Shown here: positions 1 to 13,920 of the stretch, piece by piece
How positions within the stretch are numbered: the first letter of the stretch is position 1
How the letters are laid out: each line of letters begins with the position of its first letter
NCBI GenBank assembly: GCA_016748015.1
Contig: JAAOMT010000303.1
Coordinates: forward strand, 62,001 to 126,000
DNA: 64,000 nucleotides
Direction: 5' to 3'
Source: Geosiphon pyriformis uo1
Lineage: Eukaryota > Fungi > Glomeromycota
The notes under the pieces: model-generated
The model's input: only the letters and a program-made list of their open reading frames with translations
What the model was told of the DNA's origin: nothing
Databases searched by the model: none
Translations under genes and position numbers: made by a program

Positions 1-1420
1 TCCCGACCACAGTAGTAATACTATCATCATCATCATCATCATCATCGTTATAATCATCACAATCAACGTTCCTATTGCTATCACTATGACTATGACTATT
101 AATTGTTTCAGTATTGTTATTAATAGCTTCATTGTCCTTTATTTGTTGAAGCAATTCACTAATGTCTTTTGGAGTTTTTTTATCCAAGAATAATTTAGCA
201 AGTGCCCTGTCAATATCATCTTGAGGTGAACGATTTAATGCGTTAAAGTAAAAGTGAAGTTGGGCTGTGATGCCTTCGAATAAATCTCGTCGCCGAGTCT
301 AAAAGATTTGAATTAGCGAATATTAAGAATTTACAGCAGAAAATTTCATGGGGAATTAGAGTGAATGCGTGGAAAGTCCATTGACATTACCACTATTCGG
401 ATCAATTTATCATATTTACACCAAACCTAAAATGAGTATTGGGAATGTAGATTTTAGAAGGTTCTCTAGGATTTCAAATAAAAGCTTCATATATTATTCA
501 TACCGGCTGAACAACCGAAGAGCTCAAATCGGTTTCAAAAATCTAGGCAAAAGGAAACAAATGTATTAGAAGAGGATATTATTTATTATTATTATTATTA
601 TTATTACTATGTGCAATTGAGTATTGGAAGGAGTTATTTAATTAGCACTATTGCAATATTACCTCTTTTGGTGGTATATTATCATCAATTCCCAGTTCTT
701 GTATGAAAAGTGTGACGCCATCGACCCAGGTGTTAATATTAGTTCGTGTCACTTCAATTTCCTGATCATGATGATCGATCATCAATTATTTAATTAACGA
801 TCAGAGCTTTGTGAATATCAATTTTGCGGATTTTCGATTGGTTACCTCTTGTAAACTATCGCGAATACTTTGCAAGTATTCGCGTGTTGTTGTGTTCGTG
901 GGTAATATAGGACCTGCCGATTGACCAATTACATTCTCTACTTGTCTTCCAAATAGATGACATTGTTCTTCGATCTCGATCTATTCAAGGAAATGATGAA
1001 ATGAAAAATAAAAGTGAAGTCTAATGGGAAAAGACAAACTGAACAAAAGGGACAATAAGACCAGGTAAACGCGTGTTAATATTTAAATAAAATTATTTAC
1101 CAGCAGGTCTTCTATTTCAGCGGAAAGACTCGACTTCCATAGAACTTGTGCTTGGATGAGCTTATCAAATTCGGTCAACACTGTCTAGTATAGGGAAAAG
1201 ATGGAGAAAAAGTAACGCATACATTCTCCAATTGAACAAACCAGAAAGATTCCTAGGCAAGGAATTAACAAGTTATTAGAAACGTATAAAAACTTACATG
1301 TAACTTTTCTCGAGCCCACTGGGATTGATTACTGTAGTCTTTGCCAAAAGATTCGTTTGCCACACGATATTCGTTCCATAGTGATTTCAAGTGTTCTACT
1401 TTAAAATAGACGGCGTCCAT
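1..1420 (-). CDS. Spliced host gene, 5' part; likely Ase1/PRC1/MAP65-family microtubule-bundling protein. Exons 1420-1298, 1184-1101, 980-846, 761-663, 542-504, 426-391, 298-<1
   Basis: Manual splicing with six GT..AG introns gives an open frame from ATG 1420: MDAVYFKVEHLKSLWNEYRV...AREKLHTVLTEFDKLIQAQVLWKSSLSAEIEDLLIEIEEQCHLFG...FETDLSSSVVQPVWCKYDKLIRIVTRRRDLFEGITAQLHFYFNALN... The helical pattern (L..LW.E, C..L/FG, DLS, RR..F) resembles the MAP65/Ase1 N-terminus. Gene structure is well supported; family is by recognition only. Confidence 0.7.
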
Positions 1421-1521
1421 ACTGGTTACTAAAAAAGTTCAGTTTGGAACTGCGAAAGAAAGAGTCAACCAATTAAGGAGACAAAAGTTGAATTATGTGT
1501 TTATATGTGTAGATTTTGACA

Positions 1522-1532
1522 AGTAGTAGTAA

Positions 1533-1620
<88 letters not shown>
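1522..1620. repeat. (AGT)n microsatellite about 100 bp upstream of the host gene start
   Basis: Directly visible, about 33 units with one interruption. Confidence 0.97.
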
Positions 1621-1621
<1 letters not shown>

Positions 1622-2347
1622 TGGGATAGAGGAGAAAAGAAAGGATAGTTGGAAAAGGTAGATATAATAGAATTGATATCTTATGATATTTGTAATTAAT
1701 GGGAATCTTTTTACGGAGAAGGAAGACTTTAATAGTTAAATGATAAAAATACTAAATGGTGTTGGCGTCTCACTCCCAGTTTCTTGTTTGATACTAATAG
1801 AGTTCCAAATTCAAGTTATTATTTAATACTAGAAAAAGTGAGNNNNNNNNNNNNNNNNNNNNNNNNNNNNNNNNNNNNNNNNNNNNNNNNNNNNNNNNNN
1901 NNNNNNNNNNNNNNNNNNNNNNNNNNNNNNNNNNNNNNNNNNNNNNNNNNNNNNNNNNNNNNNNNNNNNNNNNNNNNNNNNNNNNNNNNNNNNNNNNNNN
2001 NNNNNNNNNNNNNNNNNNNNNNNNNNNNNNNNNNNNNNNNNNNNNNNNNNNNNNNNNNNNNNNNNNNNNNNNNNNNNNNNNNNNNNNNNNNNNNNNNNNN
2101 NNNNNNNNNNNNNNNNNNNNNNNNNNNNNNNNNNNNNNAAATAGGGAAAAAAAAAAGAATGTAGAAATTTTTTGTTTCCTTTAGGAATCGAAGGCAGATC
2201 GAACAGGTTGCAACATAAAGGAGCAATTAGGAATTGCAATAGCAGAGGCAATTTTAGACAAGTAAGGGGGGAAGAAGCTGCGATAACTATTCGATATAGT
2301 TTTTAATAATATATCGTTATGCCATAACGTGATAAAGCATTGATTTG

Positions 2348-2439
2348 CAGCAGTAGTAGCAGTAGCAGTAGCAGTAGCAGTAGCAGTAGCAGTAGCAGTA
2401 GCAGTAGCAGTAGCAGTAGCAGTAGCAGTAGCAGTAGCA
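2348..2439. repeat. (AGCAGT)n hexanucleotide microsatellite
   Basis: Directly visible tandem array. Confidence 0.95.
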
Positions 2440-3509
2440 ACAACAGTAACTAGTAAGTATAAAAAAATACAATATATATATATTCAAAACTTTTTATTTG
2501 TTCAATGACGATGAGATTTAAAAGCACAGCATTTTTCACCAGGCTAATAAAGAGCATTTCCAGGAAAACTTAAAAAACATACGATGTTTTACAAAACTAG
2601 TTTTTGTATCCTATTGTTCCAATGAATTTCAATTATTNNNNNNNNNNNNNNNNNNNNNNNNNNNNNNNNNNNNNNNNNNNNNNNNNNNNNNNNNNNNNNN
2701 NNNNNNNNNNNNNNNNNNNNNNNNNNNNNNNNNNNNNNNNNNNNNNNNNNNNNNNNNNNNNNNNNNNNNNNNNNNNNNNNNNNNNNNNNNNNNNNNNNNN
2801 NNNNNNNNNNNNNNNNNNNNNNNNNNNNNNNNNNNNNNNNNNNNNNNNNNNNNNNNNNNNNNNNNNNNNNNNNNNNNNNNNNNNNNNNNNNNNNNNNNNN
2901 NNNNNNNNNNNNNNNNNNNNNNNNNNNNNNNNNNNNNNNNNNNNNNNNNNNNNNNNNNNNNNNNNNNNNNNNNNNNNNNNNNNNNNNNNNNNNNNNNNNN
3001 NNNNNNNNNNNNNNNNNNNNNNNNNNNNNNNNNNNNNNNNNNNNNNNNNNNNNNNNNNNNNNNNNNNNNNNNNNNNNNNNNNNNNNNNNNNNNNNNNNNN
3101 NNNNNNNNNNNNNNNNNNNNNNNNNNNNNNNNNNNNNNNNNNNNNNNNNNNNNNNNNNNNNNNNNNNNNNNNNNNNNNNNNNNNNNNNNNNNNNNNNNNN
3201 NNNNNNNNNNNNNNNNNNNNNNNNNNNNNNNNNNNNNNNNNNNNNNNNNNNNNCAAAAGAAAAAAAGTTTTTTTTCTTATTAATTATAATGCATTTTTTC
3301 GAAATTTCGCCTTACGAAAACTCATGATTTCTAAACAGACAGACAGATATCAAAAACTGTGTTCACTTTCCCTGCATATTTTACATATGCTTATTCCTTG
3401 TCTATATGTAAAATTGTTACTGTTGTTCAAAAGTTTTTTTTTCTTTTAAAAGTAGCCCACGCACATATAATGATGTACTGATGTACTGAATATCACAATT
3501 CCTGATAAA

Positions 3510-3525
3510 CATCATTATTATTATT

Positions 3526-3561
<36 letters not shown>
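3510..3561. repeat. (TAT)n/(CAT)n compound microsatellite
   Basis: Directly visible. Confidence 0.9.
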
Positions 3562-4256
3562 GTTATTTGTATTACCCATGAGCTCATTTTGTATTTTTCT
3601 TCTAAAAGGGGAACAATAGAATAATGGGATAATAATTTTTGGTTAGTTTCAAAAATAAAGTAGTTTTTTTAAAAACCATTTTAAATATATGAAATGTTTC
3701 CGATTTTCGGTGGATCTTGTTATCATTATGATTATTCTCCTTTTTTTTTTATTTTTTGTTTGTTANNNNNNNNNNNNNNNNNNNNNNNNNNNNNNNNNNN
3801 NNNNNNNNNNNNNNNNNNNNNNNNNNNNNNNNNNNNNNNNNNNNNNNNNNNNNNNNNNNNNNNNNNNNNNNNNNNNNNNNNNNNNNNNNNNNNNNNNNNN
3901 NNNNNNNNNNNNNNNNNNNNNNNNNNNNNNNNNNNNNNNNNNNNNNNNNNNNNNNNNNNNNNNNNNNNNNNNNNNNNNNNNNNNNNNNNNNNNNNNNNNN
4001 NNNNNNNNNNNNNNNNNNNNNNNNNNNNNNNNNNNNNNNNNNNNNNNNNNNNNNNNNNNNNNNNNNNNNNNNNNNNNNNNNNNNNNNNNNNNNNNNNNNN
4101 NNNNNNNNNNNNNNNNNNNNNNNNNNNNNNNNNNNNNNNNNNNNNNNNNNNNNNNNNNNNNNNNNNNNNNNNNNNNNNNNNNNNNNNNNNNNNNNNNNNN
4201 NNNNNNNNNNNNNNNNNNNNNNNNNNNNNNNNNNNNNNNNNNNNNNNNNNNNNNNN

Positions 4257-4364
<108 letters not shown>

Positions 4365-4535
4365 TTTAAAGTACAAATGGCTTAATTTTGTGTTAGTCGT
4401 TGAGTTCACTTAATATCAGGGATAATTATCACAAGTATTCGTGTAACGAGTCCAACCAATGAAATATCAATCTCCCATAATTTTTTTTTACAACAACGCG
4501 AAAATTCTACATGATTTCTTCATGAATTGATAAAA

Positions 4536-4814
4536 ATGCGTTTGCCAAGTTTAAAAAGACAGTACGCTTTTTTGTTTGATGATATCACCGAGTCACGTTT
4601 TATGCGTAAATTTGGTCTTAAAAAATTGAAAATAGTTGAAGAGCCGGTAGCCTCTAGAACTCGTGGCGCTTTGGGTCGAAATAAACCTGTAGCCAGCCGC
4701 ACTAGATCTAAGAGCAAATATAATGGTAGTATTGGGAATAAAATAGGTGGGTCTCGGACTGATATTGATTTTTTGCTTTTTATAAAAAAAAATCTATTGG
4801 TCGGTCGCCCTTAA
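4536..4814 (+). CDS. Possible small basic hypothetical protein or exon
   Basis: ORF of about 92 codons from ATG 4536 in CpG-containing unique DNA; peptide PVASRTR occurs twice with synonymous codon differences; no recognised family. Confidence 0.3.
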   Translation: MRLPSLKRQYAFLFDDITESRFMRKFGLKKLKIVEEPVASRTRGALGRNKPVASRTRSKSKYNGSIGNKIGGSRTDIDFLLFIKKNLLVGRP

Positions 4815-5465
4815 TAAATCCCAAGATTATATCCCTGCTATTAAGAATGTTATTTGTTTTTCACCCTGGACTTTTTTGCCTCTCGCAACAATTTTTCTTT
4901 TCTTGATCATTTTTTCAATGCTAAGAACCTTTGTATTTATAGTCGAAAATTTACTTGATTTTCGATGTACCAATATCATCCAATCGAACCCTGCCTATGA
5001 GATTCTATTTGATTGATGTAGCGTTATCGTTGCCCTCGGGGGCAAGAATGACCGGTTTTGGGCGCCAACTGATTTCCGTGATCAATAAATAATTCACGAA
5101 ACATACATTCATGATCTTTGAGAATGTAAACTGGAAAGTAACAATATTCAATCTTATAATCAAAAGGCTAATTTATCAGCTTCAATCTTCAATAATGTTA
5201 GTTAATGATTAATTACTTATGATAAATATAATAGATTTAAGAAAAAAGTCCCAAATCTTAATGAAATCCTGACTATAAAGAAAAAATTATTTATTAATTT
5301 AATTTAATTTTTCAAAACCAACATAGTTATTATATATATATAAACATAATTTTATTTATATTAAATTTTATTTTATTAAATTTTTTGTATTTTAATTATC
5401 AAGTAATTTTAATAAAAATATTGATATATTAATTAATTTTTTAATTTGGAATAAATAATGCACAG

Positions 5466-6309
5466 TGTTATTCAGAAAATAAAACAGAAAAAATATAATA
5501 GATAAAAATATAATATACTTAGCCAATAACAAAATATAGATTATCTGAGCAAATAATATCAGAAATTTTAAAAATACCAGCAGAAATTCCAGAAATACCA
5601 ACAAAAATATTAAAAATTCAAAAAATGCCAAAAATTCTAACAATAACTCAAGAAAAGTATAAAAATTATTAGGAATTTTAAAAATTTTATATTACAAAAA
5701 TTTATGTATATATAGCAGTAACTATAAAAACAGAAAAAACAGACAAATTTAATTTAACTTTTATTAAGTAACTTTAATAATTAGCAATTTAATACTTAAA
5801 GTAAAATACTTATTCACAATAAATTTATTATTTAAATTATCTAATATCTAATATTTATAAATCTATACTTATTTTGTTAAAAAAACCAATTATTTCTTTA
5901 TTAATACCAATAATATTAATACAATATTAATAACAATATTAAAACAATAACTATTAACAGAATATTAATTTCTATTTTTTATTATTTTATTTTTTTGAAT
6001 TTTGTTTTATGTTTATTAATTGATTAAAAAAAGTATTAAAATTATAACATCAAAAATTGTTTAATAAAAAACACAAAAAATAGTATAAAAAATAGTTAAA
6101 AAATTAAAATTGCTTATTAAAAAAATAAAAAACACTAAAATAATCTAATTACAATATTAAAAAAATTAAATATTGAATATTATTTATTATTATTATTATT
6201 ATTAAATCTCTGTTTATTATACAAAAAATTTAATTATAAAATCTTTAAATTATAATTGATATTAAAAACACCAATTTACAAAAAAATTACCAACTATTAA
6301 TTCATAATA
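5466..6309 (+). mobile_element. Degenerate solo LTR (Gypsy type)
   Basis: Starts TGTTA; contains tatgtatatatagcagta shared with LTRs at 39086/48651; 6000-6110 is near-identical to the reverse complement of 61260-61370; ends ATAATA (decayed GTAACA) with no PBS; possible decayed 4-bp TSD acag/ataa. Confidence 0.7.
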
Positions 6310-7146
6310 ATAATTTTAGTTTTGTAAATTTTATATTTATAATTAAAATTAATTTAAAAATAATTTTTCTTTTTTAATTAAAAGTTTTTTTTTAATCAAA
6401 GTTTTTTTTAAACAATATATTAAAAACAATCTTAATATAATTATAATTATTATTAGTTTTATTTTATTAATATTAATATTAATAAAAATAAATTATTATT
6501 TAATTGTATTTATATTATTTTATTTTTTATATTTAATATATAATTTAACTATTATTTAATACTATATATTAAATTAAGTAACTTAAATTATATTTAATAT
6601 TAGCAGATTAATATTATTACAATTGAAAATCATAGTTTTTATTAATTATTACATGTATTAATTATTAATATTATATAATTAGCCATCTTATTTTTAGAAA
6701 ATAATTAATAACTTAACTATTAACTTAATTATTGATTTAATTATTGACTTAATTAATAATCTAATTATTAATTTAATTATTAATCTAATTGCTAATTCAA
6801 TTATTAACTATTTTAAATAACTATATAAGTAATATATTTTTTAGTTTTAAAAAAACATGTTTTATTATATAAAACATATATAAATTAAAGTAATAAAAAT
6901 GATTTTTAAAATATTTAATTTTTTCTAATTTACTTATTTCTTTTTTTTAAGCTTTTTTAAATATCTAAACATTTTTATAATAAAAAATTACTTGTTAGTA
7001 TTTATTTATTTATTTTTTTATTAATACAATTAACGAATAAAATCCAATCACTATCTAGTATACAGAGCCAGACTAAGTAATCCAAACTAAATATGACTCA
7101 TATACTTACTACATATGACTAGCCACTTAAACCAGACAAGGCAATA

Positions 7147-10100
7147 CTATATCCCTATATTAACTTATACAGTATCATTCAGACCAGAAAAAAAACTACA
7201 TAGCTTACAATGACCAAAGCTAATAGCAAAAGACTTAATCACACCAAGCAATCTAATTACATCATCAGACAACAATGAAAGCATATTACAAAACAGCCTG
7301 GAAATCACACTACTATCATAAATCAGATCAATCTGCTCCATATTTACTCTATAACCAAACTTCACTAATCATGTCTTTATATGATACAACTCTACAACAA
7401 ATCTTACATATTTAACAATCTGAGCATCCACTTTCTTCTTATTATCAAAAGCACCATAAGTCTTTTCACATCATTTTTTTAACACAAACCTTTTACAGAT
7501 TACAGCATATAAATCAACATTCAAGAAACATTAAGACAGAATTTGCAAAATGGCAGATGCAGACAAAATAAAACTACTAGTCAAAACAGACCAATGCACA
7601 GAAGCTTTGGCCAAAATCTTACCATAAACACCAACATCATGAGCATAAGTAAAAGCATAATCAGAGAATTCTATCTTATTACACAACAAACACAATACAC
7701 TGAAGTAACATTTGTCATATAACCTCTTTTTAACTGCCATTAGCAACTGTCTATGCACAGTCTATATTAAGTATGTATATAGATTAGAAGACTTTTAACT
7801 AGTAAACTCAGCAAGTATATAAGAATCAAGATGTCACATCTTTGTTGTAGCAGCCCAGTTCACACACCCGATCAGTGCATATGGAATCACATCACAACCA
7901 GGACCAGCTTTCCAATAAGCATAACAAACCAATCAAAAAATATCTCTAACAAAATCGTAAGTATTACCAGAAACAGATGTGTTCTCAGCCACCAAAAAGT
8001 GCTCACACACTCCAGTCAACAGTAAAAAAAGAGAACAAGCAGCTACATCTGTCACCAAATCAGCTGCTATATTACTGGAGACCCTTAAATGTTCTTTAAC
8101 CTTGACCCAAGCCATATTCAAATTTTTCTCTCTAATTAAATTAAAAATGTAACATCTCTCAATTCAGTACAGATTGAAAAAATCAGGCATAGCAGAAGAC
8201 AATTTAGCTATGCAAGCATCAATAGCAGCCTAACTGTCGAAATGCACAGACACTATACTAAAAGATAAGACACACTCCAAGAACAAGACAACAGTCTGTA
8301 GCTTAGCCATAGAAGAGAATACAAGACCACAAACTGAAACACCAATACATAAATCCAAAACCAGAAAATAAACAGCTGTCCCACTAGTAACATCAGCAAA
8401 GCCAACATTTTTCAATAACTCATCAGTGAACACCTCAAAGAAACCAGACCAAATTTCATGCAAACTATTCTTCATAACAGAAAACTCATCAGACCCAAGA
8501 ATGTTCATATTATGTGACTAACTGGATTCCATAAAACCAGGTAAAAAAAAACTTAGACCTATCAAATGCTTAGATGTAACTACAAACCAACAAGGAATAG
8601 AGCCATGTGGATCCAGTCTCTTCCAATAACAAAAAATTTTCCAATTTAATACTTTACTCTTTTTATCAAAAAATTGATTACCAAAAGCAATCCCAAAACA
8701 TCTTAGAGAACAGACAGAATTAAAGTACAAGGACTTTCTAAGAACTAATAACAGTGGAAAATGATCAGAACCATGAAAAGCATTTGAAAGATTGTTTGCA
8801 AAAGAGAGTTCATTGTCCAAAAAAATTTTTACCAATTCTGCCAAAAAATTGTTTACCAGACTAATATGCAGTTTGACAAAAAACTGCAAAAAATTCAAAG
8901 AAGCCCAACCCAAAACCTATAAGTCCAAGAATTTATGACTAAATAAAGCATCTAAGAATGCCCAAATTATTGGAAAAGAAGACCAAAGCAGCCATTTTTA
9001 CTTCAGACTGCACTTGCATAAAAGACTTCAAATCATACAAAAAAGAGTGATGTAAAACCACATCAGAAAAGTCATGGAACAAACATGCTTTCAACTTAAG
9101 ACCCTTCTTAACCATAACATCTCACTTGTGATACACATTTGACAAAACAAAACTGAATTGAGTTCAATAACTAATTATAGGCTGTAAAACAGCTGACACC
9201 AAATAAAAGAATTGCTTATCAGTAATGGCCTTCTGAAGTACAACATTAACAAAAAAATAAACATCAGAATGAGTCTTGGCAATACTTGGCTTGAACAAGT
9301 CATTGGTAGACAAAAAGATTCCCAAATAATAATAAGCTTCATCTTTCTTGGCAATTATGATTGATTGACCACAAATATTCAATAAAGCAATCTTAACACC
9401 CTAATTAATGGAAATAACCACTGTTTTTTTACTATTGATAGAAATATTATTGATCTTAAAGAACTCATTGGCAATGTCCAAAACAAACTGAGTGGACATC
9501 TGACAGTTCCCAACCTAAATAGTGTCATTAACAAATATGTTTATCACAAAATAAAAAGTTATTCCACCACTGTTCTCAATTCTGCCCATTTTTGAAATGA
9601 ACCTAGAATCAATTTTATACTCACACAATTGTTCATGCCTCTTAACTTCACACAAAAGACGATCATAAAAAATTTTTCATAGAAGAAGTGAAAAGATCTT
9701 ACCTTGATCCAATCTATTATGCATCTTATAACTATTTAACAAACTGAAATCAGTTATTATTCTGTTAACTCTATTTTCATGTATACTACCAAAAAACCTG
9801 ATAAACTTTTTACACATTTTGACATGTTGTAAGCTATTCTTTAAGTAGTAGCACCCAACTGAATCATAAGCTTTTTGCATATTTTGCAGAATTAACCAAA
9901 TTTCCCTATTTTTCTCAAGAGCATTCTCAACTACTGACCCAATAGCAAATACTAGAGACTGTATGGATATACTCTTTAATACCAAAAAGTTATTACCTTG
10001 AAGAACATTGAACTTGCTATATGCCAATAAAATATGATTAGACAAAATTTTTGATAAAATCTTCTTGGCAGTTTTAATTAAAGCTATGAGCTGGGTGTTT

Positions 10101-11839
10101 GTAAGGACTCCATCCCAGTTATAAAGTTTAGAGATCATTAATACTCAAGTTTTTTTCTATAATGCAGACACACTACCAAAAGTTAAACATACATTCAATA
10201 GTACCAAAAGACATCCCAACATCACTTCACTACCATGTTTCCATAATTTATTAGAAATACCAGATAAGCCAGTAACTTTACCATCAGGCAGACCACCAAC
10301 AACTGAAAGCAACTTACCTATATTAATTGTACACATTATACCAAAAAAAGCATCATCTCTAACATAAGCCAAAGATACATATTGATAAGCCCAATAATTA
10401 GGTAAAACTAAAGACACTACATGCTTCCTTGTTCAACTCTCTATAATTCTATCCACACTTGATTTTATCTCCTCTGGCTCCAAAACCAGTTCATTATCTA
10501 TTACTAAGTAATCCAGAACCACCTTGTAAAAAGACCACTTTAAAACATTCTGAATTATACTACCTTTATTGAAACAAAAATTTTCCATATGTCTTGTAAT
10601 CACCTTTTTAATAGAAGCTTCCTTAACCAATCTCGACTTATATATCTTAGATTTTCTGTATTCTTTACAAGCCAATAATAAATATTTAAGAACCACTACA
10701 GATTTCACATCTGAATCCACTACATTAGTAAAAACATGAGTCTTAACATTATTCAGAGTTGATTATTTTCTTATGAGACAATTAACCCCAAACATATTGT
10801 CAAAGCTGAATTTTCTAACAACTTTGACAACCAACAATTCCAAACCAAAAAACTTAAAAGAGTGTCTATTTTTTAAACACTGAAACTCACTAAACCAATG
10901 TTTTGAAAAAACTTTATTAGTTGACTCTAGTATTATCCTCTCTAAAATTGCCTACATAACATCTATATTACCACAGAATTCAGCATCAGAGAATTTGCCA
11001 GCAATAATCAAAAGCTTGGCAGAAGAATAATCCCTAAATTTAGCCCATTTGGAACTATCAGCATCCTTAATTTTGAACTTCTAACAATTTTTGTTAGCCT
11101 GTTTGCATAAGCTATTCAAACAAATATTTAAGAGCCCACTCAAGCCAATTAAAACCAAAACAGCATTGTGATTAGTGTTAAAAAAATCAGACACAAAGCA
11201 GACCTGATAATTGGTAATGGCAAAAAACAAATTCTTATTAACAAAAATGTAATCAATTGTTTTCTCAATTCCTCTAGAATTGCTTTATGTGAAAGAGTTC
11301 ACCAACTGATAACTGGCAAACGAGTTAACCAAACCCAAATCCATACAGAACTTAAAGCTCATATTCTTTCCAAACCCATTTTCATTAAAATTTCCACCCA
11401 AAACCACAAAAGTGCTGGAGTTAACTGCCTTTGCAATTAGAGAGTTTACTTCTAAAGCTTGATCAAATCTAGTCTTGGAAAAAGCACCAATGTACAAACT
11501 TAAAATTGTAACCAAGAGCTTGCTTTTAAATAAAAGCTGAACCAAAATAACTCAACCAAAAACCTCCTTTACCTTAGATACATGACAAGCCAAAAAATTG
11601 TTTATAATTACAGCCACTTCAGCACCAAGAAATTTTTTATCTAAACCAGACATAAAGATATGCACACCCTCAAATTTATTAACAATTCAAGACTTGACAC
11701 AAAACCACAATTTAGTTTCCATAACAAAAAACACAAAACTACCAGAATTTATATGCCAACAGACAACATCCACTTGTTTCATAAAAACATTAATACTCTG
11801 AACATTGCATATAGCAAATTTTCAGACCAAATCATTTAT
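7147..11839 (-). pseudogene. LINE-A ORF2 (APE-RT-RNase H-Zn finger), many stops
   Basis: Colinear fragments homologous to LINE-C ORF2. Confidence 0.9.
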
Positions 11840-13799
11840 GAGAGAAAGAGATTAACAAGGAACCTGAACCCAAACACAAGATATCCAATTTCTTTAAGAT
11901 TGAAATAACCAACACTTCCAAGGCTAACTATTTTTGATTCCAAACCACTCACCTTAGTGGTTAGAATCTTTGAACTGCTTAGGCTGAATTCAGCAATGGG
12001 CTTGTTAACAACAACTGAGAAAGGGGGGGCAAAAGATAACAACACATTATCTACAGCCATATTTGAATCTGAAACCAAAGTCATAAACACAGAAACAGCC
12101 AGAAAAAAAGCACAGGAAAAAGATACCAATGACACTAATTCAACAAAACTCAACTTTCTTAAAATACCAGAAATCTGGTCAGACAAGAGCTCTAAGAAGC
12201 ATTCCAAGGATGCCAAGCAATTATTCAAACAAAAAATATCAAGAGGATTGAAATTAAACAAAAGCAACTTCACATCCAAAAATGAGCCAGCACCAGAAAC
12301 AACTAAAAAAACTACATGAAAAGGAGACCCACCAGCAATCTGGGCCCAAATTTTCTCACTGAAAAAAACTAAGCAAACAATTGGTGTCTGTTTCTTTTTA
12401 TATATGTTAGCCAAACAAGCCTGATCCTAAGGAGTTACCATCTGCTTACTATGAGGACTAGAATTCTCACCCAATAAACACTTACTAGAGATATGACCAA
12501 ACTGTTTGTATTGAGCACTGCAAACCAAAAAAAGACTAGCCCAATGCAAATTCACACCCTTAAATACTAAATTAGAACTAATAGCAGCCAATTTAGATGT
12601 CTTATTATCAAAACAGATCACAGCACACCTATTGTGTACATAAAACTCAGGATTACAGCCAATGAAACAAGTTTTCTCACCATATAATCCCAACAAATCA
12701 GATAGATCATGAGCAGTAGTACCAACTAGCAGTGTATATAACAAAGCTTGATGCTAATCCTTGGATATCTATGTTTGTTTATTATTGATTGTGTTGGCCA
12801 CATGAACAGAATTTTTTTCCATAAGTACAGATTATCTAACTGCAACCAAATTAGTTATCTCAGATGACTCATATTCCACCAAAGCTTTCTGTTATAAACC
12901 AATTAATTGCAGCTTGATTGATACAATCTTGCCAAACTTGAAAAAAACAGACTCCACAGCTGATTTGGGAAAATCAACTAGATCTTCTTGACAATTACTT
13001 CCCAATCTGATTGGCTGTTTACTTTTCTTATCTCATCATTGACTAAAATTTTCTTATTGACAGCCAAATTTCTTGCCTTTTTTAAATTAGATTCAGAAGT
13101 AAAAGATGATCTAATAATTCCAAGAAATTTTGAAGGAGTAAAAGCTTCTCCAAAATTATTAATTTGATAAAAATTTTTTTTAAAATACAACAACTTATTA
13201 CCAGAGGTTTTGCCAGACACTGCAGAAAATTCAACATCCAATGCAAAAGATTTTTTTAAATCAAAATTCCAGACATCTCTAATATGCAATTTAATTAATG
13301 ACAATTTTTTAAAACCCACAAATTTAGGTGCTGGGAGCACCAATTTGGCACTATTATCACTCAAAACATTGAAAGAAAGCATTTTCAGTGGTTTTTTCAA
13401 GATGTAAGTTTTAGTATACATCTTCTTTGAAGTAGTATTGTCTATTATGTTGTCTGTTTTAAAAGTATTAGAGTCAACATAGCTTGTTTCTTTGACAACT
13501 GTGTTCTTCATATTCTTTATATCTAATACTTTACTAACACTATTTTCTTTGCTGTCCATTTTACTGCCCCAAGATTTAGCACACTCACTATTGTTAGCTT
13601 ACAACATGTCAGCAGACAGAGATCTAGCTGACAAGTCTATCATAATACCAAAAGCTTCAAGTTTTTTTGTTTTTTTGAATAAGAGACTGCAAAAGTATAC
13701 ACTCTTAACATGTGCCTTTTTATTATTATTAGAGTAAGACCCCAATTCAACCAAAACTGAACCAGAACTACTAGCAGACAAGTTTGCTGGATTTATCAT
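11836..13799 (-). pseudogene. LINE-A ORF1 (RRM-like domains, zinc knuckle, coiled coils)
   Basis: Fragments 13599-13799, 12978-13559, 12427-12744 and 11836-12414 align to the 653-aa ORF1 at 24907. Confidence 0.9.
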
Positions 13800-13920
13800 A
13801 ATGAAGAGAAATATATTAGAAAAAATGACTTAGAAAAACAAAGAGAAAAAAAAAAAGTGGTATCTTCAAAAAATATTTTTGCTTTTGTCATAGTTAGGGG
13901 ATTAACAAAAGAAAAAGTTT

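Larger units (their letters stand above)
1843..4256. other. Three assembly gaps (N runs 1843-2138, 2638-3253, 3766-4256)
   Basis: Runs of N; ORF calls spanning them are artefacts. Confidence 0.99.
7013..13920 (-). mobile_element. LINE-A: full-length decayed non-LTR retrotransposon, same subfamily as LINE-C
   Basis: 5' end (aaactttttcttttgtt) and 3' UTR match LINE-C; ORF fragments carry APE (GGNFN), RT (QNMQKAYDSV, LDQGKIFS) and RNase H motifs; A-rich tail. Confidence 0.93.
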
